A stretch of 62,535 bases of DNA, filler included, from Basidioascus undulatus (Eukaryota): assembly GCA_000826855.1 (NCBI GenBank). It is 7 parts of 7 records of this genome, joined end to end, with 100 filler letters (N's around TTAATTAATTAA, not from the genome) between each part and the next. Parts side by side here need not be neighbours in the genome. Positions count along the whole stretch, not along the records: positions 12,019 to 17,923 come from JTLS01001848.1; positions 18,024 to 23,924 come from JTLS01001849.1; positions 24,025 to 50,541 come from JTLS01000185.1; 4 more parts are not named here. The stretch is one strand, 5' to 3'. The notes below the pieces were generated by a model. It saw only the letters and a program-made list of their open reading frames with translations. It made no database searches and was not told the DNA's origin. Below, in pieces: positions 12,733-25,238 of the stretch (the stretch's first letter is position 1; each line of letters begins with the position of its first letter). The position numbers and the translations under genes were made by a program.

Positions 12733-13258
12733 AGCGAAGGTATTCAACTGAGTATAGAATGTGGTTGTGGGAAGGGGGCAAGCGATGGTGCAGCGGACCG
12801 AAGTCTGAAATTCGTAGCTTACGGTTGCAGCGCGTCTGAATGGGCTCGCGCGCCGATCTCGCGTTTCGAGCTTGCAACCGACCTCGCTGCACACTCTCGA
12901 GGCTGACATTCGCCTCTTTCAAACATCGCATACTGACTTGAGTATCTAACAAGAAATTCGAGGATTATTTTGCGGAGGTGCACTGCGCCCTTCCAGTGTG
13001 AGTTGTCGTCTCTAGCGGCCCGTTCGCTCGACGCGCCGCGGTCCTCGCGTCGCGGTCCGCTGCGGGCTGCATTTGCTCCTCGAATGAGCTGTCGCCGCAC
13101 TAGAACCATAGCGATTTATTGTTGTCGAAATCGATCAATTCCGATGTACATGTTGTGATGCAGGCACTGACGCCCTCTGCGCTTTTCTGTCGCCATACCC
13201 ATCACATACCGCAGTCCGCGCGTCACCCTCATATCTTTATACCAACGCCTGTATCATC

Positions 13259-16218
13259 ATGAAGGTATTTGATTCACGTAACCAACCATCCCGCGCTTTT
13301 GCTTAATTCAACTCTTGCTCCGCCCACCGCAGTATCTCCTCCCCCTCCTGCACTCTCTCCCCCCACCACCGTCGCCGCCCTCAGCGCCCCCGAAACCCCA
13401 AGTCGACCTCAAGAGCCTCTTCACTGAGATACGCGAGGCGACGCGCGCGGCGCACGGCGCGGGCGCGTCGGGGGACCGCTCAGAGCGAGCGCGCGACGAC
13501 GAGTGGGCTGAGAGTTTGGAGCGCATCGTTGCGGAGCTGAGGGCGTCTGTGCGTGTGCAGGGCGTGCGTTCGACTGAGATAAAGAGACTGACATGCGCCG
13601 ATGCAGGAATACGCTACGGCTTTCTTGAAGCCTGTTAGGAAGATGGAAGCGCCGGATTACTACACTGGTGCGTTTGTGCGGGCTCATCTGCACCAAGCGC
13701 GCTGATGCTGACGCCACGCATCCGATGAGAAAGTCATCCAAAACCCCATGGATCTCTCCACCCTCTCGAAAAAGATCAAGACGCGCTCGTACCCCACAAA
13801 GGCGCAATTCGCAGCCGACCTCGACCTGATCTGGTCCAACTGCCTCCTCTACAACACCGAACCTGTGCGCGCCATCTTCCTTCCACCCCCTACTCCCTGC
13901 CTCCTACCTTCTCTGACCTCTGATCCCCGCCCCAAGACGCACCCCCTCCGCGCACACGCGACCCACCTCCGCGGGCGCTCCAAGCAGCTCCTCGAGTTCG
14001 TCCCCGACGCGCCGGGCGAGGACGAGGACGTGCTCGAGCAGAACGCGGCGGCGGCGGCGGCGGCTGCCCGCGGCGGGAAGCGCGGCGTGAAGGGCGGTGG
14101 TGGGGCGGGCGCCAAGAAAAGGAGGATGGGTGGAGGAGATGCAGAGGTCAAGATGGAGGGTGGACCGCCGTCGCCTTCTGCTTCGCCACCGCCGCCGACC
14201 CCGGGCGCGCCACTGCCGTCTACTTCCAAGGCTGCTCTTGTAGGCCATTCCATTGCGCTATTTGATACCGGTGTCCTTGAGACTGAACCCCCACTGCGCG
14301 CCGCAGCCCTTCCCCGACACGCCCGCCCTCCTCCGCCCAGCCGAGCTCGTCCCGCTCGAGCCGTCCCCCGATGACGACGCGGCTGTCGTCGCCGCGGAGG
14401 ACGAAGATTGGTCTGGCGTGCTAGACAACAAATGGTGGGCCTCCGCCCTCGGCGAAGCGTCCATCACGCGCGGGCTCCCCGCTGCCCCGCGGCCCTCCTC
14501 CTCTCCCCCACCACCTTCTCCCCCATCCGCATCACACCCCCCCAGACGAAAGCGCCCGCGCCGCAGCGCTCTCTCGCAGAATCACCTCCCCACGACCTTC
14601 GCCGCGAACCTCTCGACGCTGCGTGAGCTCCGCAAGACGCACGCGCGCCTTAATGCACTTGCTAATGCCGACCCCGCGGCGGACCCGGACCTCCTGCCCA
14701 GGCTGCTAGCGTCCGACGGGGAGGAGGACGAGGGTGCGGAGGCGGGGTGGGGGAACGCAATGTGGGCGGAGATGGAGCGGCCGGCGAGGGGCGCGGTGGG
14801 CGAGCGGGAGGCGGAGGAGGCGATGCGGAGGGTCGGGGTGGGGCTGCTCAGCCATGCGGGGTTCGAGGGTGCGTGGAAGGATGTGGATTGGTGGTTGGTG
14901 GAGAGAAGGGGGCTGATGTGAGGGGTGAGAGCACAGGCTCGTCCGAAGGCGCACTCAACGTCCTCGTCCAAGTCGGGGCGCAGTATCTCTCCAACCTTGG
15001 CCAGACGCTGCGGTACTACTCTGATGGACACGGGAAGGACATGTCCCCCGAGGTTCGTCCCTCTTCTTACCTTCTCTGCCAATTTCGTCCGCTGACTATT
15101 GGTGGCTGGGACGAGAGCAGGAGATCATCCTGCATTCCCTGTACGAGAATGGGAACGTCACGCCCGGGTCGCTCCAGAAGTACGTGCAGGACGACGTCGG
15201 ACGGTATGGCGCGAAGCTGGCGGACCTGTCGCGGAAGCTGAAGGACACGCTGCGAGAGCGGCTGGATGTGCGTTCCCTTTCCCTGCCATTTCCCCGTCAC
15301 TGCAACCGTACAACTGACACGGGCCTTCGCGCGCAGGCGTCGAAGGGCTTCATCGAGGACGACGCGTTCTTCGCCGAGGACGGGGACCAGCTTGTTGCGT
15401 GCGTTCCTTCCCCTTCCCATCTCCCCTCCCATTTCGGAGCGATGCTGACAGGTGGTTTGAACGATGCAGCGGCGGATGGACCGAAGACCTCGGCGAAGAC
15501 TTCTTTGGGTTCCGCGAGCTCGGACTCGACAAGGAGCTCGGCATGTCGACACTCTCCGTGCCCTCGCGCTTGTTTCGCGGCGGTGCGAAACGCGCTGGGG
15601 CCGGCGCTGGAGGGGCGGGCGGAGCGGGGTGCGTTCTCTTTCGCCTCTCTATCCTTCCCTTCTCTCTGATACAGGCTGATATCCCGGTACCCGAGCAGCG
15701 CAAGCAAAGATCCCGCCCTGCCGTACCCTCCTCCTCCGCCCTTCGTCCCGCTCGCATCCCCCTCCCAAACGATCGGCCTCCTCCGACCATACTTCGCCGC
15801 CCGCCCCTCGCTCGCAGACGACTCCCCGCTCTCCACAGCGCTCGCGAAACCGAACGCCACTCCCAGCGCCGGTCCCAGCGCGCGCGTCACCTCCAACTCC
15901 AACGCGAACGGCAAGGCGCCTGCAGTGCCCGCGCCGTCCACGCAGCCGCAGCCGCGCATCCGGCTCGGCGCGACGGGGCAGGTGCTCGGCGGGCTGAGGG
16001 GCGGCGGGCTCGAGGAGATGATTCGCCCCAAGCCGCCGCCGCCGCCGGAGGGGGAGGTGAAGAGAAAGGAAAAGCCGGCGGGCACGGAGGGGGTGAAGAA
16101 GGAGAAGGTCGAGAAGGAGCTGGGGAGCGTGGCGGGCACGCCTGTTGTGCCGCCGCGGGGCGAGGGGAACGACACGCCGACCTCCGCCCCGGCGCCGTTG
16201 CAGACTGTCAGGACCTGA
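13259..16218 (+). CDS. SPT7: SAGA complex subunit Spt7 (bromodomain + histone fold)
   Basis: Bromodomain [37 protein letters not shown]. Histone fold [28 protein letters not shown], then [12 protein letters not shown] and [23 protein letters not shown]. The first coding exon is ATG AAG at 13259. Confidence 0.9.
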
Positions 16219-17923
16219 TGCGCACAGTACTGCTCTGGGCAACGATGTGTCTTGGATATGGATGGAGTTCCAGAATGACAAGTCTTTGCTGAAGAGAAAA
16301 TAAGTCAATTTGGGTGTCGTACTCCCATCCGGCGCTGGCCATGTATGGCAACTGGTTGTGCCGACCAACCCAACAATTTCGACTTGATAAAGCGCTTTTC
16401 CAAGGTCTTCAACTCGTATTGACAAAAATATTGGATCGCATGAACGTATAACAATGCCTATACATGCGCAGACTGATGCTGAAGACCTGAGGTGCGGGGT
16501 GGGCACAAAACGAGAAACACCTCGTACATGCTCGTGTTCGGCGCGGTGTGGCACTCTTCCTGACGTGTGGGAAGGGACCTGGGCAGAATGTCTTGTTTAT
16601 GATGATTGAATCTCTTCGACTGCTTGCATGCGGTGCAAGAAGCTCGACACCGCGCTGGACGAGAAAATGAGCCCACTTCAAGTTATGGATAGCTGCGACT
16701 GCGAGCGGGTCTTGCAGCGGTCTGAACAGTTGCTTTTGAGATAATACGAGTAGAATCACCCCAAATAATCAGCTATAACTAAGAATATAAAGACGGGGCA
16801 AAGAACATTGGGCCATGCAGGGTTGAATGTGGGCATGCTGTGTGTTGCTGGGTATGCAGGCCGACACAATGGGAGAACACGAGATGAAATGTGCTTCAGA
16901 ATCTTGACGCAGTTTGACATGAGTTTACTCGAGCTGATGAAAGAAGCTAGACTGGGATCCTTTGTTCAAAGGAGAGGGCAGGCCGCGGGGAGAGGGGAGG
17001 GGACTCGCAACTGCGTTCGGCACCGGCCCTGGAGTCGGCCGCTGCGATGCCCAAGGCTTGACGACCTACCTCCAACTTCTTGCTCCTCATCCGCCCCTCC
17101 TAACCACACCCTACTGAGCGCATCCAAACCCTCCGGTCGTTGCCATGCTTTTAGACTGGTGGATTGAATTAGTTATTCATGTTGAAGCTGCCGTGTGCTG
17201 AGCAAGATGGGGACTACGTGAGTTCTTCTGAATCCGTCCGCTTCGCGAGCACGAATTTACGCATTCCAGATATCCAGGGCAGCCATCCTGACTGGGGTTT
17301 GGACCAACAGGAGAGTCGGGTGGCAATCCTACCTGTTGTGGCTCGCTGTCTGGTCGTGTTCTACGTCGTCTGCCTCGTTCCGACTCGGACCTTGAACCTG
17401 GTCGGCCTGGTCCTGTACCGCATCGCTGGCATCCATGGGCACACGCTCCGGAGCTCTGCTCTCCATCATCAGCGCAACCGTATTCCGCAGCGGTAAGTTC
17501 TTTCTCGGATCGTCCATGAGCTTTTGATCGCCATCTCGAACGCGAATGCAGACTTGCAACGACCGTGCGGCCACCCCTTCCTTGTTGGCGGACATAGAGC
17601 CGTGGAGGTCGGAGAGACATACCCCCTTTTTTTTCGCCGCGGGCTGGACTACCTTGTTCTGAACCGCGTTCACGTTGCTCCGTCTCGGCGCGTCGCTGCC
17701 CAATTAGAGGACACCATCCGACGCCTTGCGGATCATCTTGCTCGCATCAAGGAGCTCAGCCTTATCTACGATAAGTTCGTAGTGATAGTCCCGATCTACG
17801 AGCAGCTCATACCTGTCATTGCACGGCTCGTAGCGCGGAGGGAGGCCTCGGGTGGAAGTTGGGGTGGCACTCTCGACGCTGCTTTGGGCGACCTACGCAC
17901 ACTCATCGACCGGCTCGACCGGA

Positions 17924-18023
17924 NNNNNNNNNNNNNNNNNNNNNNNNNNNNNNNNNNNNNNNNNNNNTTAATTAATTAANNNNNNNNNNNNNNNNNNNNN
18001 NNNNNNNNNNNNNNNNNNNNNNN
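17924..18023. other. Artificial contig-join linker
   Basis: N-TTAATTAATTAA-N, 100 nt. Confidence 0.98.
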
Positions 18024-19137
18024 TGTATCCAGTCTCGCAGATTTACATCTGCCACCTCGTTATACGGGCGACGAAGATTCGCAACCCCCTCCCTTTCCAC
18101 CGAGACCACTTGCGCTGCCTCGTCGCTTCAACGGCGTTGGCGGTTGCCTCGATGACGTGCGCGCACCGCTCCCTGCCTGCTCTTTTGGAGCAGTGGGATG
18201 GCGGTGCGTGAGGGCAGTGGGCGTCGGCTGATGCCCGTCCTTCCTTTTTCAATTTTTACTGGGTCATAACCCTAACCCTAACTTCATGTGTTGGTTCCAC
18301 CACTGCGTTTGTTGAAGCATGAAAGGCTTGTTTTGACCTTGTGCCTTCTATGAACTGCATGATGTAACTGATTGAAAGTTGTGAAGCGGTATGAGGCGGA
18401 TAATCGGCGAGCAAGGAGGAATCGACGACGCTGAGGGCAGTTGGCAGGTACTTCCCAATTCTCTGGTCTGTCTGCCTGCAATAATTTCTGGTGTATCTTG
18501 TACCGCTGTTCCTGAGCTGCTTTATATTGTATCGGACCATAGGAGCAGCGGTGTTGATCTCTTCCAGCTGCATATAACGCTGGCTACGCATACAGGCAGA
18601 CAGGCAGGCAGCCAGAGCAGGAGCGTCTCGAGATCGGCCAACATTTGTGTACCGAGCAGGTTCAGTATCACACAATAGGAATTGAAATAATTAAAAGCAA
18701 AAGAAGGAATGTCAGAGTCGAAAGGCAAGAATGTCGAGGCTGCACTGCGACCGCAATTTCAGCGGCTGCGACGCGACCGCATCTTGTCAGTCGCGCGACA
18801 TGGGGTCAGTGACAGACGCCGTCTTGTGCCTTTCACAAGCGCCTGTGCATGGATAAGCCAACATCTGTAGTTATTTGATATCTGCGGTCAACAAGAGCCT
18901 AGAAGACATCTATAGCTCTTTCAGTCGAGTCAAAGCTGGCGATCCCATGAAGTCTCTCCGCCGAGGTCTGCACCGGCCCTTCAGAGCTGTGGAGGCTCAG
19001 CCGGAAACATCTTTCAAGCCCAATGAATCAATCGTCCACATTCCGCACCTCCCATGCTAAGCTCAAACCTACCTGCTGTCTACCATACCCCGCTCATCCA
19101 GCGTCCCGCTGGCGGCATCTCCCTCCCGCTCTCAAGT

Positions 19138-20470
19138 CTAAGCCGCCCCCTCCGCCTTTGCCGCCTTCTCCGCCTCCCTCGCCTCCTTCGGTGCGTCATC
19201 GCCAACATCTACGATCTGAAACTCGATCACGAAGAAGGTGGTCGTGCCTGCGCGGTTGCGGCAGAAGTAGCGCACGGGCTGGCCATCCCTGTTCATGTCG
19301 TGAGATGCACGGATAAGGTGCGGGGTCAGAAGGGTAGAAGGTGGAGAAGGGGAGAGTGAAGGGGAAGGATGGGGAAGAGGGAAATGGAGCAGGGAAGGAA
19401 CGAAAGGGGAGGGGAGCGTACCAGTATTTGAGGAGAGAGAAGGAGAGGCCTGTGCCCGGCAGATTGAGCGAGAGCGTGTTGAAGTCTAGGAGGCCGTTAA
19501 CGCTGTAAGGTAGAGAAAAATTGAACATGTGCTGAGCCCCGAGGCAGAATAAAGGAGCCACGAACAAGTCGAATTTCAGGTTATACTGCGAACCAAGCAT
19601 GGTCAGCCTACCAACTCCACTCACCTCAGCGCCTCCTAACGGGAACGCACCTTCGGCCCCACCCTAACGCTCTTCCTCCTCTTCTCGTACATGAACCACC
19701 TTCTCCTCTCCCTCGCGTTGCCCCTAAGCTTAGCCGCCTCCGCCTCCGGCACGTCCTGGTCGACCAAGAACGGCGCGACGTCCTCCTCGACAGGCTTGTC
19801 CTCCCACTCCTCCTCGGGCTTCTCTTTCGGGGTGGAGAGCGCGATGCGCAGGCGCGTGACTGTTGCCAGGAGGGGCGACCACGCCCAGGGCTGGTCCGCG
19901 TAGAGGTCGGCGGTGAGGCAGGGGTCTATGAAGCTGTTGGCGTGAGGGGATGAGGGGGTCAGATTACAGTGTGAGATCTGGAGGAGGATAGGGTGGGGTA
20001 TGACGAGAGGGTGTCGGAAGAGATTGGACTTACTTGACGAATTTCAGGGCGAGCGACGTTCCGTATGGCAAGCGATCGCGGATGGGCTTCTCAAACACAT
20101 TGCCGAAGACCAGATCGTCCGCCGTGAGTTCCTCCAAGAAGCGGCCTGGAAGCCCCACCACCTTCTCGTCAGCTCACTCCCTCCCACTCTTTGCCCACCT
20201 TTCCACGCATCTCTCGCCCTGCGAGAAACGACACTACTTACCCTGCACCTCAATGCTCCACGTGAATCCCTTATTCTCCTTCTCCCCGAAGTACGCCTCG
20301 TCGTTCTTGCTCCCCTCGGGTCGCTCGCCCCTAAAATCCTTTATGCGCACAGCTATCCCGCCTCGGAAGGCGGGCGTGTCGATCAGGAAGGGCTGCGAGG
20401 GATCGTTCACGGCAAGGAGGCGGAGGTCGGGCGTCGAGGAGCCGGCGCGCACGCGGAGATGGGCGGGCAT
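19138..20470 (-). CDS. DUF1769 (UPF0590) family protein
   Basis: LRVRAG..VND..F.G.IAVRIKDFRG; TWSIEVQGRF; ADDLVFGNVFEKPIRDRLPYGTSLALKF; IDP.LTADLYADQPWAWSPLLAT; NGLLDFNTLSL; LLKYWDGQPVRY. Multiple GT-AG introns, stop TAG at 19138. Confidence 0.85.
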
Positions 20471-22230
20471 GGCGGGGTGGGATGAGAGGGGGATGGAAGG
20501 AGATTGGGATGGGAGGGTGTACTAGGTGATGGGGCTGAGGAGCAGGAGATGGGCAGGTCGGGCAGATGATCCTCGTCGTTCAAGACGGGGAGCACACGAT
20601 CACAGCGGGCGAGGAACTGACGTCACTGAGTCAAGCGGGTTTGATGGACGCTGGCCCAGCCCCAAATGTAAGCGCTCAGTTTGGATAACCTTAATGCGTT
20701 GACTGGACAGAAAAAAGTGCACATCGGGCCATACGGAGAAGACTGGATCCCCAACCAAGCGACGTCTGCAGCGACCGATGGCCCCTGTTTTGACGGCTTT
20801 GGCGCTTTACGCCCGCGCCGGCAGTGTTCGTAAAGAAGCCTGTTACAAAGTCCGGTCCAACTTTGCGTTCCGGGGAAAAACAGCCCGGTCAGGTGCATGG
20901 CAATATGAGTGCAGCCTGTGCAGCAGCGCGGAGTGAAAGGCTTTTTTATGCGCATATAACGTTCGACTACTGAAGGTTCTGGCAGGGGTAATATACCTGC
21001 GCAACGGCCAAATTGGAAAAACTCAAGCTTTACTGGGGCCTCCATTGGTAAAAGAAGCACAGCCCAAGGAGCGACCGCGAAAGCTAGTAGTAGAACTGCG
21101 AGCTCCATTCTCTCGACCGACCGAGACCAACTCGGTTGTAAAATGACTGACCGGATTTGCGTGAGGCCTTTCATACTGTTTGGGCGGGTACTACCAGAAG
21201 CATGAGCGCTTTGCTTCTGCCGCAGTGTCACTGTCCGGTGAGGCCTGCGGCCGTTGCCGTTGGGCCACGTCGAGTTACAGAAATGCAAGGTTGACGTTTC
21301 TCGAATAACTTAAAGCTATCCGGAGTAATTATAACAGCTAAGAGCGGACAAGCACTTCTTGTAACTTCGCGCCCTTCGGCTGTTGGACCTGATCACCCTC
21401 TCCATGAACAGCACAGCTAAGAACTCTCCATCCCGGGCGAATCCATAATCCTTTGGCCCTCTTCTGGTAAAAAGACATGAAAGTCACCAAGAAACCGAGC
21501 CGAAGATGCTTGGGGTACGTATCGCCCGCCACACCCCCGCAATGCGCTGGTCATTTCCCCACTTCGCTTCCAGCGAAGCTGAGCCACCGAGCAGGATGGA
21601 AACAGCCTGCGGTTGTGATTCTAGACTTTGGAATCCGAAGTAGAATCGGCTCGAAAGAACTTTATCCTGCCGTGACGAACGTTTCGCTTCGGCGTTGGAG
21701 AACATGTATGCTGCTTGATAACCATCGAGACCACAGTGCAGTACGCAGCCAGCTTGTAAGAATGCCCGGTCAAAGATGGCATCGGAGTTCGCAAGCGAGA
21801 TTGAAAGAATACTGCCCGATTTTGCACAGCCTGAGTAATTTTCCTCAGAAACTGCAGGAGATGATGGTGCAGCATCGTCTTCTGAAGATACGCACGGCTG
21901 TAGAATCATGAGAGTCCTTATCGTATTGGCAATTCGGCTGCAGCGCTAAGATCTAAGCCAAACAGAAAGCGCAGCCACACCACATTAGTGTAACCTTGGT
22001 TCAGTCAGGTCGGCCCGAAAGGCACAGAAGGGACAGTGTAGACCACGGTAGGGCCGAGCGCTGGGATAGCCAATGACCGTCGAACTTCATCCGATAACAC
22101 AGATGGACCGCGTCTGCGTCCTGCACGAGATGGAAACCTGAAATACACGTATGTGAGCGATACAAAAAGACGGATAGTGGGATATCCCTGAAAAGGCCAA
22201 TTGAACAGGCCGCCCGAAGAGGCCGGCCGG

Positions 22231-22538
22231 TGTGCGTGCTCCGCACGACTTAGAAGCTGGACGCTTGTCGATGTCTGAGGGTGAACCAACGACCGTGCTT
22301 TGAGGTGAGAGCCGCGATTCCGATGGCAGTCAGTGTGAAAAGCCAAGGCGACCTCCGATCGATGGCCCCGCCTGCGGCGGTGAGCATTGTGCGTGCTCCG
22401 CGAGACTTCGAAGCTGGACGCGTCAATCACTGAGGGTGCCACGACGGTGCGTTGCGGCAGACCCGCGAGTGCGATATGCAGTCAGCGTGAAACCACGAAG
22501 CTACCTCAGATCGAAGATCTTGCCTGCGGCGGTGAGCA
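22231..22538. repeat. Diverged tandem duplication, two copies of ~155 bp
   Basis: TGTGCGTGCTCCGC at 22231 and 22388; GAAGCTGGACGC, CTGAGGGTG and GCAGTCAG occur in both copies; GCCTGCGGCGGTGAGCA ends at 22386 and 22538. Confidence 0.85.
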
Positions 22539-22747
22539 AAACGCGACAGCGAGGGAGTGAAGCATCCCGTCCCACGCCCCGCACACGTCTTCCATGACAA
22601 GGTAGTTTGCGTACTGTTCAATGCGACGTGCGGTATGCGTTCTGGCTTCCCCTCCTCAACCCATCCGATCCTCTTACGAAAGTCTTGTTTCCCCCTCAAC
22701 CCCCGCATGCCCCGTTCCACCCCCGCCTCCTGCCCCTCACGCCCCGC

Positions 22748-23045
22748 CTACTCGCGCTCCGACTCCGAGTTGAGCTCGATCTCGTACCTGCCCTGGCGGG
22801 GGACGAACTCCTTCTCGCTGGTAGACCCCTCGGGGAGGTTCTCGCTCTCGCTCTCCTCGTTGTAGGTCATGCGCGTTCGGTTGGAGCGCGTCCCTCGGCT
22901 CTCATCGCCCTGCCCGTGGCTCATGTCGAGGCGGCCGACGCCCGTGCGGACGCTGTCGAGCCCGTCATTCACCTCGTCGTCGTTCATGGGAATGTGGCGC
23001 GTCTGCAGGCGGCCAGGGTCGACCGCGTCCTCCGCGGGGGACGCC
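22748..23045 (-). CDS. Orphan acidic C-terminal coding fragment of an unidentified gene
   Basis: Strongly GC3-biased frame ...EDAVDPGRLQTRHIPMNDDEVNDGLD...YEIELNSESERE*, followed by a G-rich 3'UTR-like tract. No 5' part is visible. Confidence 0.55.
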
Positions 23046-23924
23046 TCCCCGCCCTCCGACTTCTTGCGCGCCGCGTTCCCCTCTCTTTCCCCGGGGCCGC
23101 TCGCGCGCAGGCTGGAGGAGGCGGGGGGCGATTTGGACCGCGCAGTGGAGGAGCTGCTGAGCGAGGAGTATGTGCGGGAGCTGGAAGAGCGGGGCGGGTG
23201 GGACGCGCCGAGTTCCCCTCCTGCTCCCTCAGGGCTGGACTGGGAGGAGATCGGGCGCGGGAACGGGAATGGGAAGGCCAAGGGCGGAGGGGGAGGGAAG
23301 AAGCGGCCCAAACCACCGAAGCACACGATCTCCCTCAACCCGCTCTCCTCGCGCTCCTACTCCTCTTCCCCTCGGCCCCCATCCACCCCCTGCTCCGCAA
23401 ACTCGGGCTTCACCACGAACCGCTGGGCCCTTCTCGACTCCCTGTCCTACGCGCTCTCTGCCCCCCTCCGCACAACACCCCTCGCGCTCTCATCCTCGTT
23501 CCACGCCTCCCCCCCGCCCTCCTCGCTGCACGCATCCCTCACGCACTTCCTGCGCTCCCTCGCCCCTTCCTCCCCCTCCCTCGACTTGGGACTCCTCGAG
23601 CAGGCCGATTCCCTCCTCGCCGTGCTCGACGTCTCCCCCTCTGAGTACTCCACAGCCCGGGATGACGCCCTCCTCGCCCTCCGCGCGTGCCCGGCCCACC
23701 CCTCAGACGCACTCGAAGTCCTTGAGCACCTCCTCTCCCTGCGCGCTATCTCCATGGCCTCTCCGCCCGACTCCCTACCCATCCCAACCTCCTCCTCCCC
23801 GCCCGCCGCGGACCTCCTCGCCAAGCTCCAGCGCCGCCGAGCGTCCAGCAGCGCTTCTTCCTGTTCCTCTCCCCCTTCCCCGCCACCCCTCCCCCCACCC
23901 GCCCTCGCTCCCCCACCCACACCG
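23040..23924 (+). CDS. CUE-domain protein, Cue2/Smr-like, internal fragment
   Basis: SPPSDFLRAAFPSLSPGPLARRLEEAGGDLDRAVEELLSEEYVRELEERG is a CUE-like FP...LL motif, followed by NRWALLDSLS. There is no credible N-terminus and the frame runs into the contig end. Confidence 0.6.
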
Positions 23925-24024
23925 NNNNNNNNNNNNNNNNNNNNNNNNNNNNNNNNNNNNNNNNNNNNTTAATTAATTAANNNNNNNNNNNNNNNNNNNN
24001 NNNNNNNNNNNNNNNNNNNNNNNN
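23925..24024. other. Artificial contig-join linker
   Basis: N-TTAATTAATTAA-N, 100 nt. Confidence 0.98.
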
Positions 24025-25238
24025 GAGCACCGTATAAAAGAAGCTTGTGACTTTCGAGCGCCCCTTGACGTTGGGCGCCGCTGTGCTTGGTGTGGAAGGA
24101 GGAGCGGGAGGTTGGGGGACGCACGTTGCCGATCTCTTCGGGAAAGTGGGCGAGCGGTATCCGGATGGGGATGACCATCGACTTGTGGTCTTGCTTCTCG
24201 TACTCGATGATCGTCTCGAAGAAGTGCGTGTCCTTCGGGATCCTCCGCCCGTCCTGCGGCGTGCCCGGCGTGTCCTTGGACGGTGCGTCCCGCGCGCTCA
24301 TCGCGAGATCAAAGTTGGCGAGGCGCTCGCGCTCCTTTGCGCTCGCGCTGCTGTCCGCGCGCTCGCGCTGCCCATCCTCGCCGGCCGGTCGCGGCGGCCC
24401 GAAGAACTTTTCGATGAACATGTCTTGCTTGTCGGAGGCGCGGAGGATGAGCTTCTCGGCGTGCGAGAGACGCGGGAGGAGGGAGAGGTCCATCGCGTTG
24501 ATCGCGTCGTAGAGGCGCGCGAGGACGGCGACGGAGGGCGCGGCGAAGTAGTCTTCGAGTGCGAGGAGGAGGACGGGCTGTGGGGGATAATGTGTGAGGG
24601 TTGATAGAGGGATCGGGAGGCGGGACAGAGAGGCGGACTTTGTAGATCTGGACGAAGGGATGCCGCGTGCAGACGGCGAGTGCTTTGACCAAAGCGCCTC
24701 TGTCCGCTCCTCCAGGATTAAACCACCACTCCATGACACGACGATCTAGACGTGCAACTCACCTCGGCACCGTATCGTCCTTCTTTGTCCGCACCAGGTT
24801 CAACACATACAGCAGTTCCGGCTTGTCCTCCTCCGGCTCTGCCGGCGCCCCAAACTCGCGCGAGCGCAGGGGGGGTGTGGGCGCCTCGGAGTCGAGCGGG
24901 GGCGCGATGGTGTTGGCTGGGGTCTGGTTGAGGAAAAAGATGGTCCAGTCCTCGTGTTGATCGTGTGCGCCCTCGGGGATCATCAAGTCGGCGAGGAGGC
25001 TGCGGTGTGTGCGCGGCTGTCAGCGCGTGCTGTGCCCCGAGGTCAGGATATGCAGGCGCACTGGTCATCTGTGCCGGTGGGGAAAGGGTATTGGTGTGAA
25101 AGACTGCGAAAGTATAGCTGTATGCGTGAGTGCGGGTGTCGAGATGGCGGCGAGCGGGAAGACGGACGTGGATCCCTGGTCGATGTCGAACTCCGCGAGG
25201 AGGCAGTACGCGACATTGTTCTCGCTGCTGCTCGCCAT
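24025..25238 (-). CDS. mesA: Polarity protein MesA / Arf3-interacting protein Afi1 (DENN-related), 3' end cut off by the contig edge
   Basis: [105 protein letters not shown]. Confidence 0.88.

Noticed and set aside
16300..17923. ORFs 16409-16759 (-) and 17179-17923 (+)
   Set aside because: Possibly a gene remnant or truncated gene, but I could not build a consistent exon structure or assign a family.
20623..21911. ORFs of 140-221 aa in a lower-GC stretch
   Set aside because: No codon bias, motifs or splice pattern. It may be old TE debris, but I cannot support that from the sequence.
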